Shown: positions 55,082 to 64,000 of the stretch, one piece after another
Layout of the letters: every line of letters starts with the position of its first letter
How positions within the stretch are numbered: position 1 is the stretch's first letter
Source of the DNA: Gammaproteobacteria bacterium
GTDB lineage: Bacteria; Pseudomonadota; Gammaproteobacteria; JACQPQ01
DNA length: 64,000 bases
Reading direction: 5' to 3'
Assembly (NCBI GenBank): GCA_016207405.1
Contig: JACQPQ010000053.1
Span: forward strand, 8,246-72,245
Program-made: the position numbers and the translations under genes
The notes under the pieces: model-generated
Databases searched by the model: none
Told to the model about the DNA's origin: nothing
Seen by the model: only the letters and a program-made list of their open reading frames with translations

Positions 55082-55959
55082 TTCATCAACCTGTTCTTGT
55101 CACGCAAGTATTACAGGGCCTTTCTATACAGTCCGCAGGTTTTTATGTCGATGCCACTTTTGGGCAAGGGGGGCATAGTCGGGCTATTTTGGCAGCGCTT
55201 GGGAGACGTGGAAAAGTATTAGCTTTTGACAGAGACGGACAAGCAGAAAAAATCGCCAGAATTTTAGAGGCAGAAGACAACCGATTTCATTTTGAGAGGG
55301 TGGCTTTTAGTTGCCTTTCAGCCCAAGTTTCGATGAGGGGATGGCAGGGCAAAGTCAATGGCATTTTGTTTGATTTGGGGGTGAGTTCAGGACAGCTTGT
55401 CTGCCCCGATCGGGGGTTTAGCTTTAACTTAGAAGGGCCTTTGGATATGAGAATGGACCCTACACAGGGCATGCCGGTTTCCGAGTGGCTTCGTTTTGCA
55501 AAAGAAGAAGAACTGACTTTTGTTTTTAAGGAATACGGGGAAGAACGATATGCGCGTCGAATTGCACGCGCCATTGTCGCGTGTCGAAAGCATTCTCCCA
55601 TTCAAACAACGAGGGACTTGGTGGCGGTTATTTCGAAAGCGAAGCCTTTTCACGAGCGGAATAAGCATCCAGCCACTCGGTGTTTTCAAGCACTACGAAT
55701 ATTTATTAACCAGGAAGGTGAGGAGTTAACCGCAGGGCTTAATCAGAGCTTAGAAGTTCTGGCACCGGGTGGGCGGTTGGTTGTGGTGAGCTTTCATTCT
55801 TTAGAAGACAGGTGTGTTAAGACCTTTATACGGGAACATTCTAAGAAAGCAGTCGGGGAGCTGGATGCATTAGGTAAGTTCCGGCCGAGCGAGGAGGAGG
55901 TTCTCCACAATCGCCGGGCGCGAAGTGCGCTCATGCGGGTGGCAGAAAAAAGAGCATGA
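55042..55959 (+). CDS. rsmH: 16S rRNA (cytosine1402-N4)-methyltransferase
   Basis: HQPVLV...VDATFGQGGHSR (SAM motif), FDLGVSSGQL, SFHSLEDR. The start is uncertain. The only in-frame start is GTG 55042, which overlaps mraZ by 40 nt; ATT 55081 is an alternative. Confidence 0.88.
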   Translation: MGITPRNAIPFSVIHQPVLVTQVLQGLSIQSAGFYVDATFGQGGHSRAILAALGRRGKVLAFDRDGQAEKIARILEAEDNRFHFERVAFSCLSAQVSMRGWQGKVNGILFDLGVSSGQLVCPDRGFSFNLEGPLDMRMDPTQGMPVSEWLRFAKEEELTFVFKEYGEERYARRIARAIVACRKHSPIQTTRDLVAVISKAKPFHERNKHPATRCFQALRIFINQEGEELTAGLNQSLEVLAPGGRLVVVSFHSLEDRCVKTFIREHSKKAVGELDALGKFRPSEEEVLHNRRARSALMRVAEKRA

Positions 55960-56234
55960 GAACCCAGAAGAGATTTCAAAAAGCAACTATCGTTTTAGGG
56001 TTTATTTGTATCGCATCTGCTTTGCTCCTTGTCTATAGCAAGCACCTAAACCGACAGTATTTTGCTGCCCTTCAGGCTGAAAATAAAGTGGAGGAAAGAC
56101 TCCAGGAAGAATGGGGACAGTTACTATTGGAAAGAAGCACTTTAACTGCGCAGACAAGAGTTGAACGTTTGGCAAGAGAAAAATTAGGAATGGGTTTTCC
56201 GGACAAACAAAAAATAATAGAGGTTCCCGAATAG
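55956..56234 (+). CDS. ftsL: Cell division protein FtsL
   Basis: 92 aa, single TM followed by a coiled coil. Located between rsmH and ftsI. 4-nt overlap with rsmH. Confidence 0.85.
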   Translation: MRTQKRFQKATIVLGFICIASALLLVYSKHLNRQYFAALQAENKVEERLQEEWGQLLLERSTLTAQTRVERLAREKLGMGFPDKQKIIEVPE

Positions 56235-56240
56235 TTAGCC

Positions 56241-57950
56241 ATGAGAGCGTCACACACTTTAAACACGGTTATACGATTCTGGATGATAGCGGCCGTTTTA
56301 ATGGTGGCAGTTGTTTTGGTCGTGGGGCGGGCCGTTTATTTGCACGTGTTGAATACGGCATTTTTGCAGCACCAAGGCGATGCACGCACTATTCGTAAAA
56401 TAGAGATCCCAGCGATTCGAGGCATGATTTTAGACCGGAATGGAGAGCCCCTTGCGGTTTCTGTTCCTATCGATTCCGTATGGGTAAATCCTAAGGTGCT
56501 TTTGTCAGCGCTCTCGGAAGTTCCTCGTAAAAATCTAGTCGCGTTGTCGCAAGCGATAGACATCCCCCTATCGCAGGTAATGAGTCGCATCAAGCTAGCT
56601 AAGGCTCGGGAGTTTGCCTATTTAAAGCGACATGTAGAGCCAGAAGTTGCAAAAAAAATTAAAGCAGTAGCGATCCCGGGCGTGTTTTTAAAAAAAGAAT
56701 ATCGTCGGTATTACCCAGAGGGAGAAGTTGCTTCCCATCTCGTTGGGTTTACCAATATTGATGACAGGGGGCTGGAAGGGCTAGAATTCGCATACGACAC
56801 CTGGCTTCGTGGTGAAATGGGTGCCAAAAGAGTCTTACAAGATAGACTCGGTCGTGTGGTTTCTGATTTAGAAAGTTTACAGATCCCTCGGGAAGGGCAG
56901 GACCTGGTGCTTTCCATAGACCGCCGTCTTCAGTATGTGGCGTATTTAAAACTGAAAGAAGCGGTCAGAGCGTTTCATGCAAAGTCCGGCTCTGTCGTTA
57001 TGTTAGATGTTGCAAGTGGTGAAGTGTTGGCGTTGGCCAACCAACCTTCTTTTAATCCGAATAATCGTCAAGATAGGCAAAGCGATCACTACAGAAATCG
57101 CGCAGTCACCGATCTTTTCGAGCCGGGTTCTACGATAAAACCTTTTGCAGCAATCGCCGCTTTGGGGAGTGGCTTATATACGCCGCATACCCCCATCAAT
57201 ACCCATCCAGGATGGATTACCGTGAGTGGAAAAGTCATTCGAGATCACCATAACTTGGGGCTTATTGATGTTACAAAGGTGGTACAAAAATCGAGCAATG
57301 TTGGCATCACGCAAATTGCTTTAACGCTTCCGCCGAAAGCGCTATGGCAAATATTTTCCGATGTGGGGTTTGGCGCTTTTACGGGAAGTGGTTTGCCGGG
57401 GGAAAACTCAGGCGTTTTACCGGGGTATCAGGAATGGCAAAAACTCGAACAAGCAACGCTCGCCTTTGGCTATGGCTTGTCGGTGACGGCCTTACAGTTA
57501 TCTAGAGCTTATGCAGTTATTGCATCCGGGGGCGTGAGCACTCCCATTTCTGTTGTTCGAATGGAACACGTACCAGAAGGGCAGCAATTGATATCTGCTC
57601 CTCTCGCTGAAGACGTAAAGCAGATGTTGACTTCCGTCGTTTCGCAAGAAGGGACTGGATCTCTTGCAAAAGTTTTTGGATACCATGTAGCCGGTAAGAC
57701 AGGGACGGTTCGAAAAGCAGGCAAAGGAGGATATACAGAAGACAATTATATTGCCGTATTTGCAGGAATGGCGCCTGTACAAGCGCCTAGAGTGGTACTC
57801 GTCGTAGTGATCGAGGAGCCTCGCGGAAGTGTTTACTACGGTGGGCAGGTCGCAGCGCCTGTATTTTCAAGTGTGATGGGCAATGCGCTTCGTTTTCTGA
57901 ACGTACCCCCAGATAACGTTCCGGCAGACATGCGCGTGGCAAGATTGTAG
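56241..57950 (+). CDS. ftsI: Peptidoglycan D,D-transpeptidase FtsI (PBP3)
   Basis: N-terminal TM anchor. SxxK (GSTIKP), SxN (KSSNVG), KTG (AGKTGT). Confidence 0.93.
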   Translation: MRASHTLNTVIRFWMIAAVLMVAVVLVVGRAVYLHVLNTAFLQHQGDARTIRKIEIPAIRGMILDRNGEPLAVSVPIDSVWVNPKVLLSALSEVPRKNLVALSQAIDIPLSQVMSRIKLAKAREFAYLKRHVEPEVAKKIKAVAIPGVFLKKEYRRYYPEGEVASHLVGFTNIDDRGLEGLEFAYDTWLRGEMGAKRVLQDRLGRVVSDLESLQIPREGQDLVLSIDRRLQYVAYLKLKEAVRAFHAKSGSVVMLDVASGEVLALANQPSFNPNNRQDRQSDHYRNRAVTDLFEPGSTIKPFAAIAALGSGLYTPHTPINTHPGWITVSGKVIRDHHNLGLIDVTKVVQKSSNVGITQIALTLPPKALWQIFSDVGFGAFTGSGLPGENSGVLPGYQEWQKLEQATLAFGYGLSVTALQLSRAYAVIASGGVSTPISVVRMEHVPEGQQLISAPLAEDVKQMLTSVVSQEGTGSLAKVFGYHVAGKTGTVRKAGKGGYTEDNYIAVFAGMAPVQAPRVVLVVVIEEPRGSVYYGGQVAAPVFSSVMGNALRFLNVPPDNVPADMRVARL

Positions 57951-57957
57951 GGCGAGA

Positions 57958-59502
57958 ATGATGAAATTAAATGAATGCCTAGGCAAACTTTTTGAAGTGA
58001 AGAGTGCACAAAATTGCTCTATTTTTGGCTTGTCTTCTGATACGCGTTCCATACGGCCCGGAGATGTATTTTTTGCTTACCGAGGGGCCACTTCGGATGG
58101 TCGTTTATACATAGCGGAAGCGCTTAAAAAAGGAGCCGCTGCCATCGTTGCAGAGGATGCGAATAGCGCTATACGTAAAGAGGATATCAAGGCTTTATCC
58201 GAAAAGTATGAAAAACCTTTGATATGGGTTCCTAACCTCATCGGTAAGTTTGGCGAGATGGTAGAGCGATTTTATAAGCATCCTTCTAAAACCTTAAGTC
58301 TTGTCGGTGTAACCGGGACGAATGGTAAGACAACCACGACCTTTCTTATCGCACATGCCTGGCGGGCATTAGGTGAGCCTGCTGCTTTCATAGGTACTTT
58401 AGGTGCAGGGGTATGCGGCGGGGAAACGGAAAGTCTTATGAATACAACGCCCGATGCCATTACGTTGTCTAGGACTCTTCTTTCCTTTGCCAACCGGGGC
58501 GTTAAGCGTGTGGCGATGGAGGTATCGTCTCACAGTTTAGATCAGGGCCGAGTCAACGGGATGAAGTTCAAAACGGCTGTTTTTACGAATCTTACGCATG
58601 ACCATCTGGATTATCATGCTTCTTTAGAGGCTTATGGGGAAGCCAAGCGGCGTCTTTTTGTGTGGCCAGACTTACAACACGCTGTTGTGAATGTCGATGA
58701 TCCATTTGGTCAATCTTTGTTAAACGATTGTTATGCAGCCAAGTTAGTAACAGGGTATTCCACAGGAAGCGCTGTAGGGTCATGGGCTAAAAAGGTAGAC
58801 CATTTGCTAACGGTTTCCTCCGCTCTATTTTCCCGAGAAGGGTTGCGCGCCAAGATAGAAACGCCCTGGGGGACGGCTCACTTAAAAAGTCCCCTGATGG
58901 GTCGATTTAATTTGAGTAACCTGCTTGCGGCTTTATCGGTATTGTGTGGTGAAGGGCTGGAGTTACAGGCCGCATTGCATGCATTAGAGTCTATTCATTC
59001 TGTTCCAGGGCGTTGTGAGCTCCGAGGAGGTGGAAGAGAACCCCTCGTTGTTGTGGATTATGCGCATACCCCTGATGCATTAGAGCAAGTGTTAAAAACC
59101 TTTCGGGAGCTGTGCAAGGGTAAGCTGTGGTGCGTATTTGGATGTGGGGGAGAACGCGATAAAGCAAAGCGTCCCAAAATGGGCGCTATTGCCGAGGAGT
59201 ATGCGGATTTTGTGACATTAACGAGTGACAATCCAAGAAATGAAGATCCCCAAGCCATCCTCCAAGACATTCTAAAAGGGTTTATTCATCCCGAGCGCGT
59301 TCATTTAGCACCCGATAGGGGGAAAGCACTTTTCGAATCGATTACTTCCGCAAGCGAAGGAGACATCCTATTGATTGCAGGCAAAGGTCATGAGCAAACC
59401 CAAACAATAGCTCGTGATGGCAAGCTGCACGCGATTCGATTTTGTGATGTGCAAATGGCGGAGAAGGCTTTAGGGGATAGGAAAAATCGTCGTTATGGTT
59501 AG
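57958..59502 (+). CDS. murE: UDP-N-acetylmuramoyl-L-alanyl-D-glutamate--2,6-diaminopimelate ligase
   Basis: P-loop GVTGTNGKTTT and the DNPR motif (TSDNPRNEDP) typical of meso-DAP-adding MurE. Confidence 0.92.
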   Translation: MMKLNECLGKLFEVKSAQNCSIFGLSSDTRSIRPGDVFFAYRGATSDGRLYIAEALKKGAAAIVAEDANSAIRKEDIKALSEKYEKPLIWVPNLIGKFGEMVERFYKHPSKTLSLVGVTGTNGKTTTTFLIAHAWRALGEPAAFIGTLGAGVCGGETESLMNTTPDAITLSRTLLSFANRGVKRVAMEVSSHSLDQGRVNGMKFKTAVFTNLTHDHLDYHASLEAYGEAKRRLFVWPDLQHAVVNVDDPFGQSLLNDCYAAKLVTGYSTGSAVGSWAKKVDHLLTVSSALFSREGLRAKIETPWGTAHLKSPLMGRFNLSNLLAALSVLCGEGLELQAALHALESIHSVPGRCELRGGGREPLVVVDYAHTPDALEQVLKTFRELCKGKLWCVFGCGGERDKAKRPKMGAIAEEYADFVTLTSDNPRNEDPQAILQDILKGFIHPERVHLAPDRGKALFESITSASEGDILLIAGKGHEQTQTIARDGKLHAIRFCDVQMAEKALGDRKNRRYG

Positions 59503-59504
59503 AA

Positions 59505-59628
59505 AGGGGTAAGGGATAAGGGGTAAGCAATTAGGATTTAAATTAATGTAGGCCGGCCTAAGCGCAAGCGTGGCCGGAAAAAAAGTTAATTGTAGGGTGG
59601 ACAAAGCGAGCGCAGCGAGCGGTCCACC
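59505..59628. repeat. BIME-like mosaic between murE and murF: TAAGGGG heptamers + TTAGGAT + REP-A + REP-B
   Basis: ggggtaagggataaggggtaag (59505-26), ttaggattta (59531-40), gtaggccggcctaagcgcaagcgtggccgg (59548-77), gtagggtggacaaagcgagcgcagcgagcggtccacc (59592-628). Confidence 0.85.
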
Positions 59629-59646
59629 AATTTTAGAAATTAGAAC

Positions 59647-61059
59647 ATGTCAGAGTCTAAACCCATTATTTCATTATCCGAGGCCAGTCTCTTTTTGCGC
59701 GCAAAAATGATTGGCAAGAATGCGACCTTTCAGGGTGTCAGCACAGACACGCGTACTTTGGAAGCGGGTAGTTTGTTTGTGGCTATTTCTGGAGAGCACT
59801 TTGAGGGGCACGATTTTATCAACGAAGCGGAGCAAAAGGGTGCCGCGTGTGTCATGGTGAGTCGGCCTGTCAAAACGGCTTTACCCGTTTGTGAGGTTTT
59901 GGATACTCGAGAAGGTTTATTGCAACTGGCTCTGTTTTGGAGGCGGCGTTTTGAGATCCCCGTTATAGGGGTGACAGGAAGTTGTGGAAAGACGACGGTC
60001 AAAGAGATGATTGCATCGATATTGGCAACGAGCTTAAGAGGAGAGGCGAAGGATACAGGGGACTCCGTGCTTCGTTCCCAAGGTAATTTCAATAATGAGA
60101 TCGGTGTTCCGTTGACGCTTTTCAGGTTACAGGAGAAACATCGTTTTGCAGTGATAGAAATGGGGGCAAGTAAACCGGGGGACATTGCGCGTTTAACCGC
60201 AGTCGTTTCTCCAACCGTTGCCGTCATTACGAATGTAGCACCTGCTCATTTACAAGGGTTTTTAAATTGCGAGGGTGTAGCAAGCGCTAAAGCAGAAATT
60301 TTTAGGGGGTTGGATGCGGGGGGAATTGCCATTTTAAATGCGGATGATCCGTTTATCGACACTTGGCGGCGTGAATGCGGGGCTTATCGCGTCATCACGT
60401 TTGGGGAGCGAGCGGATGCGGACGTTCAAGCGCTTCACAGCACGCTCGATTCAAAAGGGTGTGCGGAATTTAAGTTAAGCGTTTATGGCAAGACGGTTGA
60501 TGTGAAATGTTCCTTACCTGGTTGGCATCAGGTTTCGAACGTATTGACCTCTGTTGCAGCGGCAGCACCCTTTCAAGTTTCATTGGATTCTATTCAAGAG
60601 GCGCTTCTTCACATGAAGCCAATACCCGGGCGGATGGTTTTTTGTAAAGGTATTGATGGAGCGAGGGTCATTGATGACACGTACAACGCCAATGTGGCTT
60701 CTGTCCGTGCAGCGATTCAAACGGTGGCCGCCTATGAAGGTGATAAGTTATTGGTGTTAGGGGATTTAGCGGAATTGGGTGAGGCATCAAAAGTGTTGCA
60801 TGAGGCACTGGGGGAAGAAGCAAAAGCACAAGGGTTTGCACAGTTGTTTACGGTAGGGTTTGACAGCCAGTGGGCAAGCAGAAAGTTTGGTCAGGGCGGA
60901 GAACATTTTGAAAATCTTGAGCAGTTGATAGGCCATTTGCGAACCCAGCTCTCTCCCCAAACCACGGTTTTAGTAAAAGGCTCGCGGCGAGCGCACATGG
61001 AACAAGTCGTTAAGGCTATTTGTCAAGAGCAAGAGAACACATCATGTTGCTTTGGTTAA
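59647..61059 (+). CDS. murF: UDP-N-acetylmuramoyl-tripeptide--D-alanyl-D-alanine ligase
   Basis: P-loop [20 protein letters not shown], position in the dcw cluster. Confidence 0.92.
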   Translation: MSESKPIISLSEASLFLRAKMIGKNATFQGVSTDTRTLEAGSLFVAISGEHFEGHDFINEAEQKGAACVMVSRPVKTALPVCEVLDTREGLLQLALFWRRRFEIPVIGVTGSCGKTTVKEMIASILATSLRGEAKDTGDSVLRSQGNFNNEIGVPLTLFRLQEKHRFAVIEMGASKPGDIARLTAVVSPTVAVITNVAPAHLQGFLNCEGVASAKAEIFRGLDAGGIAILNADDPFIDTWRRECGAYRVITFGERADADVQALHSTLDSKGCAEFKLSVYGKTVDVKCSLPGWHQVSNVLTSVAAAAPFQVSLDSIQEALLHMKPIPGRMVFCKGIDGARVIDDTYNANVASVRAAIQTVAAYEGDKLLVLGDLAELGEASKVLHEALGEEAKAQGFAQLFTVGFDSQWASRKFGQGGEHFENLEQLIGHLRTQLSPQTTVLVKGSRRAHMEQVVKAICQEQENTSCCFG

Positions 61060-62129
61060 CCGAACAGCTTGCAGACGACACCTATCGCGGGTTTCATGTC
61101 TTTGCCTATATCACGCTTCGGGCTGTGTTAGGGACATTGACGGCGCTGGGTATTGCCTTGGTAGTGGGGCCCTTCATGATTCGATATCTTAAGACCCATC
61201 GAGTCGATCAGGTTATCCGGCCCTTTGGGCCTCTTTCTCACAAAAGTAAGGAAGGAACCCCTACCATGGGAGGGGCGCTTATTTTGGTGGCCATTGTGGT
61301 GGCGACGCTGCTTTGGGCAGATTTGTCCAATCGTTACATTTGGGTCGTGTTATTTTCTACCGTCGCTTTTGGAGGGATTGGATGGGTGGATGACTATCGA
61401 AAATTGGTTTTAGGAAACAGTAAAGGGTTATCGGCACGGTGGAAATATTGCGCAGAGTCGGCTGTGGGGTTAAGCCTTGCTTTTTTTCTTTATGTGACTG
61501 CACAAACACCTATAGAAACAGCACTTATTGTGCCTTTTTTTAAATTCTTTACGTTCTCTTTAGGGTGGTTTTATATCGTGCTCGCTTATTTCGTGATTGT
61601 GGGTTCTTCTAATGCGGTCAATTTAACGGACGGTTTGGATGGGCTTGCCATTATGCCGAGTGTTTTATTGGGAGGCGCACTTGCCATCTTTGCCTATGTC
61701 ACCGGGCACTCAGGATTTGCGCAGTACTTGGGTATTCCTTATGTCCCAGGGGTTGGGGAATTAGTGGTATTTTGTGCGGCCCTCGTAGGGGCAGGACTTG
61801 GTTTTCTATGGTTTAACGCCTATCCGGCACAAGTTTTTATGGGGGATACCGGTTCACTGGCACTGGGAGCGGGTTTGGGGACTATCGCGGTGCTGGTACG
61901 GCAGGAAATTGTATATGGTTTGATGGCAGGGATATTTGTGATGGAAACCGTCTCGGTGATCATGCAGGTGGCGTCTTATCAGTTAACAGGAAAACGTATT
62001 TTTCGGATGGCGCCACTCCATCACCATTTTGAACTTTTAGGATGGCCAGAACCTAGAGTAATCGTTCGATTTTGGATTATTACCGTTGTGTTAGTTTTGT
62101 TGGGATTATCAACTTTGAAACTTAGATGA
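61044..62129 (+). CDS. mraY: Phospho-N-acetylmuramoyl-pentapeptide transferase
   Basis: [39 protein letters not shown]. Start at ATG 61044, overlapping murF by 16 nt. Confidence 0.95.
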   Translation: MLLWLTEQLADDTYRGFHVFAYITLRAVLGTLTALGIALVVGPFMIRYLKTHRVDQVIRPFGPLSHKSKEGTPTMGGALILVAIVVATLLWADLSNRYIWVVLFSTVAFGGIGWVDDYRKLVLGNSKGLSARWKYCAESAVGLSLAFFLYVTAQTPIETALIVPFFKFFTFSLGWFYIVLAYFVIVGSSNAVNLTDGLDGLAIMPSVLLGGALAIFAYVTGHSGFAQYLGIPYVPGVGELVVFCAALVGAGLGFLWFNAYPAQVFMGDTGSLALGAGLGTIAVLVRQEIVYGLMAGIFVMETVSVIMQVASYQLTGKRIFRMAPLHHHFELLGWPEPRVIVRFWIITVVLVLLGLSTLKLR

Positions 62130-63526
62130 TAAAAAATTTTGGGCTACATCTTATCGTTGGTCTTGGCAAAACAGGGTTTTCCTGTGCGCGCTATTTACGT
62201 GCCAAAGGGATTGAAGTGGCGGTTATCGACAGCCGCCAGAATCCTCCGTGCTTAGAAAACCTGAAAACGGAATACCCGGAAGTTCCCGTATTTTTAGGGG
62301 GATGGCAGCACCCCATTTGGGAGCGCGCCAAAGAGATAGTGGTGAGCCCAGGTGTGTCGCAAAAACACCCAGAGATCTTGCACGGCCTGCGTGGGATCCA
62401 ACCGATTGGGGATATTGAACTCTTTGCGCGAGAGTGTGCCGCTCCCGTGGTCGCGATTACAGGCGCAAATGGTAAAACAACCGTGACGCATCTTTTAACT
62501 GCCATGGCAAGATATGCGGAGAAGCACGTCGAGATGGGTGGAAATGTTGGGATCCCCGTATTGGATTTGTTACAGAAGTCAACTCCTGATTTTTTTGTTC
62601 TGGAGCTCTCGAGTTTTCAGTTGGAATCCACTTTTTCTCTTAGGCCTCGTGCCGCCACGATTTTAAATGTGACGCCAGACCATCTTGACCGCCATGGAAC
62701 GCTGACTGCCTATATTGCAGCCAAGCAGCGCGTTTATTCTCATGCTGAGGTTGCTGTTTTTAATCGACAGGATGAAACAACATTTCCGTCTACACCGTGT
62801 GAAAAGGTGTGGAGTTTCGGTTGTGATGAACCCAAAACGGAGAACGATTGGGGCTTGCGTACTGACAAGGGGGAGATGTACTTAGCGCAAGGGGAGGTTT
62901 TATGGATGCCGGTCGCACATGTGTACAGAAAAGAAGCGCACAATTTACAAAATGCTTTAGCCGCCTTGGCTTTAGGGCATGCTCTGGAGCTTCCCGTGAT
63001 GTCGATGCTCCAAATTTTAAAAACGTTTGGAGGGTTGCCCCATCGATGTCAGTGGGTTGGAGCAAGAGAGGGGGTGGATTGGATTAATGATTCCAAAGCA
63101 ACCAACATGGGGGCAACCGTTGCTGCACTCAGCAGTTTAAGTGAGGGCTTCGAGGGGAACCGGCGGGGTAAATTGGTGTTGATCGCAGGGGGAGAAAGTA
63201 AAGCTTCAGACTTTAATGATTTGAGCGAGGAGGTGAGGCTATGTGTGCGAGCGGTGGTTCTCCTAGGACGGGACAGAGTGCTATTAGCGAAAGCCTTGGC
63301 AAGGAGTGCGCCTGTCTTTTTTGCGGAGGGCATGCAAGAGGCTGTTTTTGAGGCAGCGAGACTTGCCAAGCCAGGGGATAAGGTGGTGTTATCCCCCGCC
63401 TGTGCAAGTTTTGACATGTTTAAGAATTATGCGCATCGAGGAGAAGTGTTTATGGCCTGTGTGAAGGAGGAAATTCTAAGGGAACCCATGGGGGTTAAAG
63501 CGAAGGAGGAATGTGAGTGCGGATGA
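62126..63526 (+). CDS. murD: UDP-N-acetylmuramoylalanine--D-glutamate ligase
   Basis: Rossmann N-terminal domain (VGLGKTGFS), P-loop [16 protein letters not shown]. Confidence 0.92.
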   Translation: MIKNFGLHLIVGLGKTGFSCARYLRAKGIEVAVIDSRQNPPCLENLKTEYPEVPVFLGGWQHPIWERAKEIVVSPGVSQKHPEILHGLRGIQPIGDIELFARECAAPVVAITGANGKTTVTHLLTAMARYAEKHVEMGGNVGIPVLDLLQKSTPDFFVLELSSFQLESTFSLRPRAATILNVTPDHLDRHGTLTAYIAAKQRVYSHAEVAVFNRQDETTFPSTPCEKVWSFGCDEPKTENDWGLRTDKGEMYLAQGEVLWMPVAHVYRKEAHNLQNALAALALGHALELPVMSMLQILKTFGGLPHRCQWVGAREGVDWINDSKATNMGATVAALSSLSEGFEGNRRGKLVLIAGGESKASDFNDLSEEVRLCVRAVVLLGRDRVLLAKALARSAPVFFAEGMQEAVFEAARLAKPGDKVVLSPACASFDMFKNYAHRGEVFMACVKEEILREPMGVKAKEECECG

Positions 63527-64000
63527 GAACGGCAAGCACGTGGCAAGTGCTTCGGTATGAGCCATGGGTTGGGTTTTCTGTACTTTTGCTCCTTGCTTTA
63601 GGGGTTGTCATGTTGGCTTCTGCTTCCATGAACCTAGGAGAGAGTCTGCACCAGTCCCCTTTTTATTACTCTATCCGACAGATTGTTTATTTTGGGGTGG
63701 GGGCAGTTGGGCTCTTTATTTTTTTACAGACGCCGGTTTCTTTTTGGCAAAAGAAAAGCGGGGCGCTATTTATGGGGGGGCTTCTGCTCTTGGCGTGCGT
63801 GTTGATACCTGGGATTGGGAAGGAAGTCAATGGAAGTCTACGGTGGTTGAACCTTTTTGGCCTCAATATTCAAGTCTCAGAATTTATGAAACTTGCCATG
63901 GTGATCTATTTAGCGGCTTATGTCGCAGAACATAAAAACCGGGGAGGGAAGAGTCTTCCTATCACACAACCTCTTTTTCTTGTAGGGCTCGTTATGCTTC
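63523..64000 (+). CDS. ftsW: Cell division protein FtsW (SEDS family), N-terminal part, runs off the window
   Basis: My own translation from ATG 63523 (ATGA overlap with the murD stop) gives [38 protein letters not shown]...NGSLRWLNLFGLNIQVSEFMKLAMVIYLAAYV, typical FtsW TM helices. The frame is open to base 64000. The listed ORF 63564..63935 is in a different, non-coding frame. Confidence 0.85.
   Translation, partial: MRTASTWQVLRYEPWVGFSVLLLLALGVVMLASASMNLGESLHQSPFYYSIRQIVYFGVGAVGLFIFLQTPVSFWQKKSGALFMGGLLLLACVLIPGIGKEVNGSLRWLNLFGLNIQVSEFMKLAMVIYLAAYVAEHKNRGGKSLPITQPLFLVGLVML

Noticed and set aside
63564-63935. ORF-track entry of 123 aa (MGWVFCTFAPCFRG...) after murD
   Set aside because: It is in the wrong frame. 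The frame starting at ATG 63523 gives a typical FtsW N-terminus and stays open to the window end, so the listed ORF is an out-of-frame shadow.

Overview
64-kb chromosomal segment of a gammaproteobacterium. The local gene orders are typical of the class: yibN-like/secB/gpsA, recA-recX-alaS, holB-ycfH, hupB-tRNA-tRNA-ppiD, dapA-bamC-purC, tgt-yajC-secD-secF, and a complete dcw block mraZ-rsmH-ftsL-ftsI-murE-murF-mraY-murD-ftsW that runs off the right edge. The repeat content and the lack of visible LexA boxes fit a Legionellales/Coxiella-like lineage, but that is only a guess. About 60 protein genes and 2 tRNAs (Asp-GUC, Val-UAC) can be supported. There is no rRNA, no CRISPR, and no intact IS or phage. 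Accessory or unusual content: (1) A wedge at 30.8-36.3 kb holds a secreted 4x cysteine-rich repeat protein placed 4 nt upstream of nrdA, a group-II-intron-like 5' RNA remnant, and a 1353-aa signal-anchored protein whose C-terminus carries a canonical radical-SAM CX3CX2C loop. This is my best candidate for something undescribed. (2) MazEF and HepT/MNT toxin-antitoxin pairs are present. The HepT/MNT pair, plus an orphan ICE-type (PFL_4669/DUF1845-like) gene, is packed into the ldh...tgt-yajC-secDF gene string. (3) The intergenic repeat landscape is very dense. It includes two GTAG-headed REP families, GC hairpins, heptamer-period microsatellites (TTAGGAT/TTAGGGG/TAAGGGG) that supply the stop codons of several genes, and a G-tract array in the gyrA leader. 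It also includes two approximately 160-190-bp long-palindrome (MITE-like) elements with a shared core. (4) Other items are a 67-aa mini-BamC, a signal-less NucA/EndoG-type nuclease next to a degenerate trypsin-like protein, an orphan eutH and an orphan FimT-like pilin. All protein calls rest on motif recognition by eye; no searches were run.
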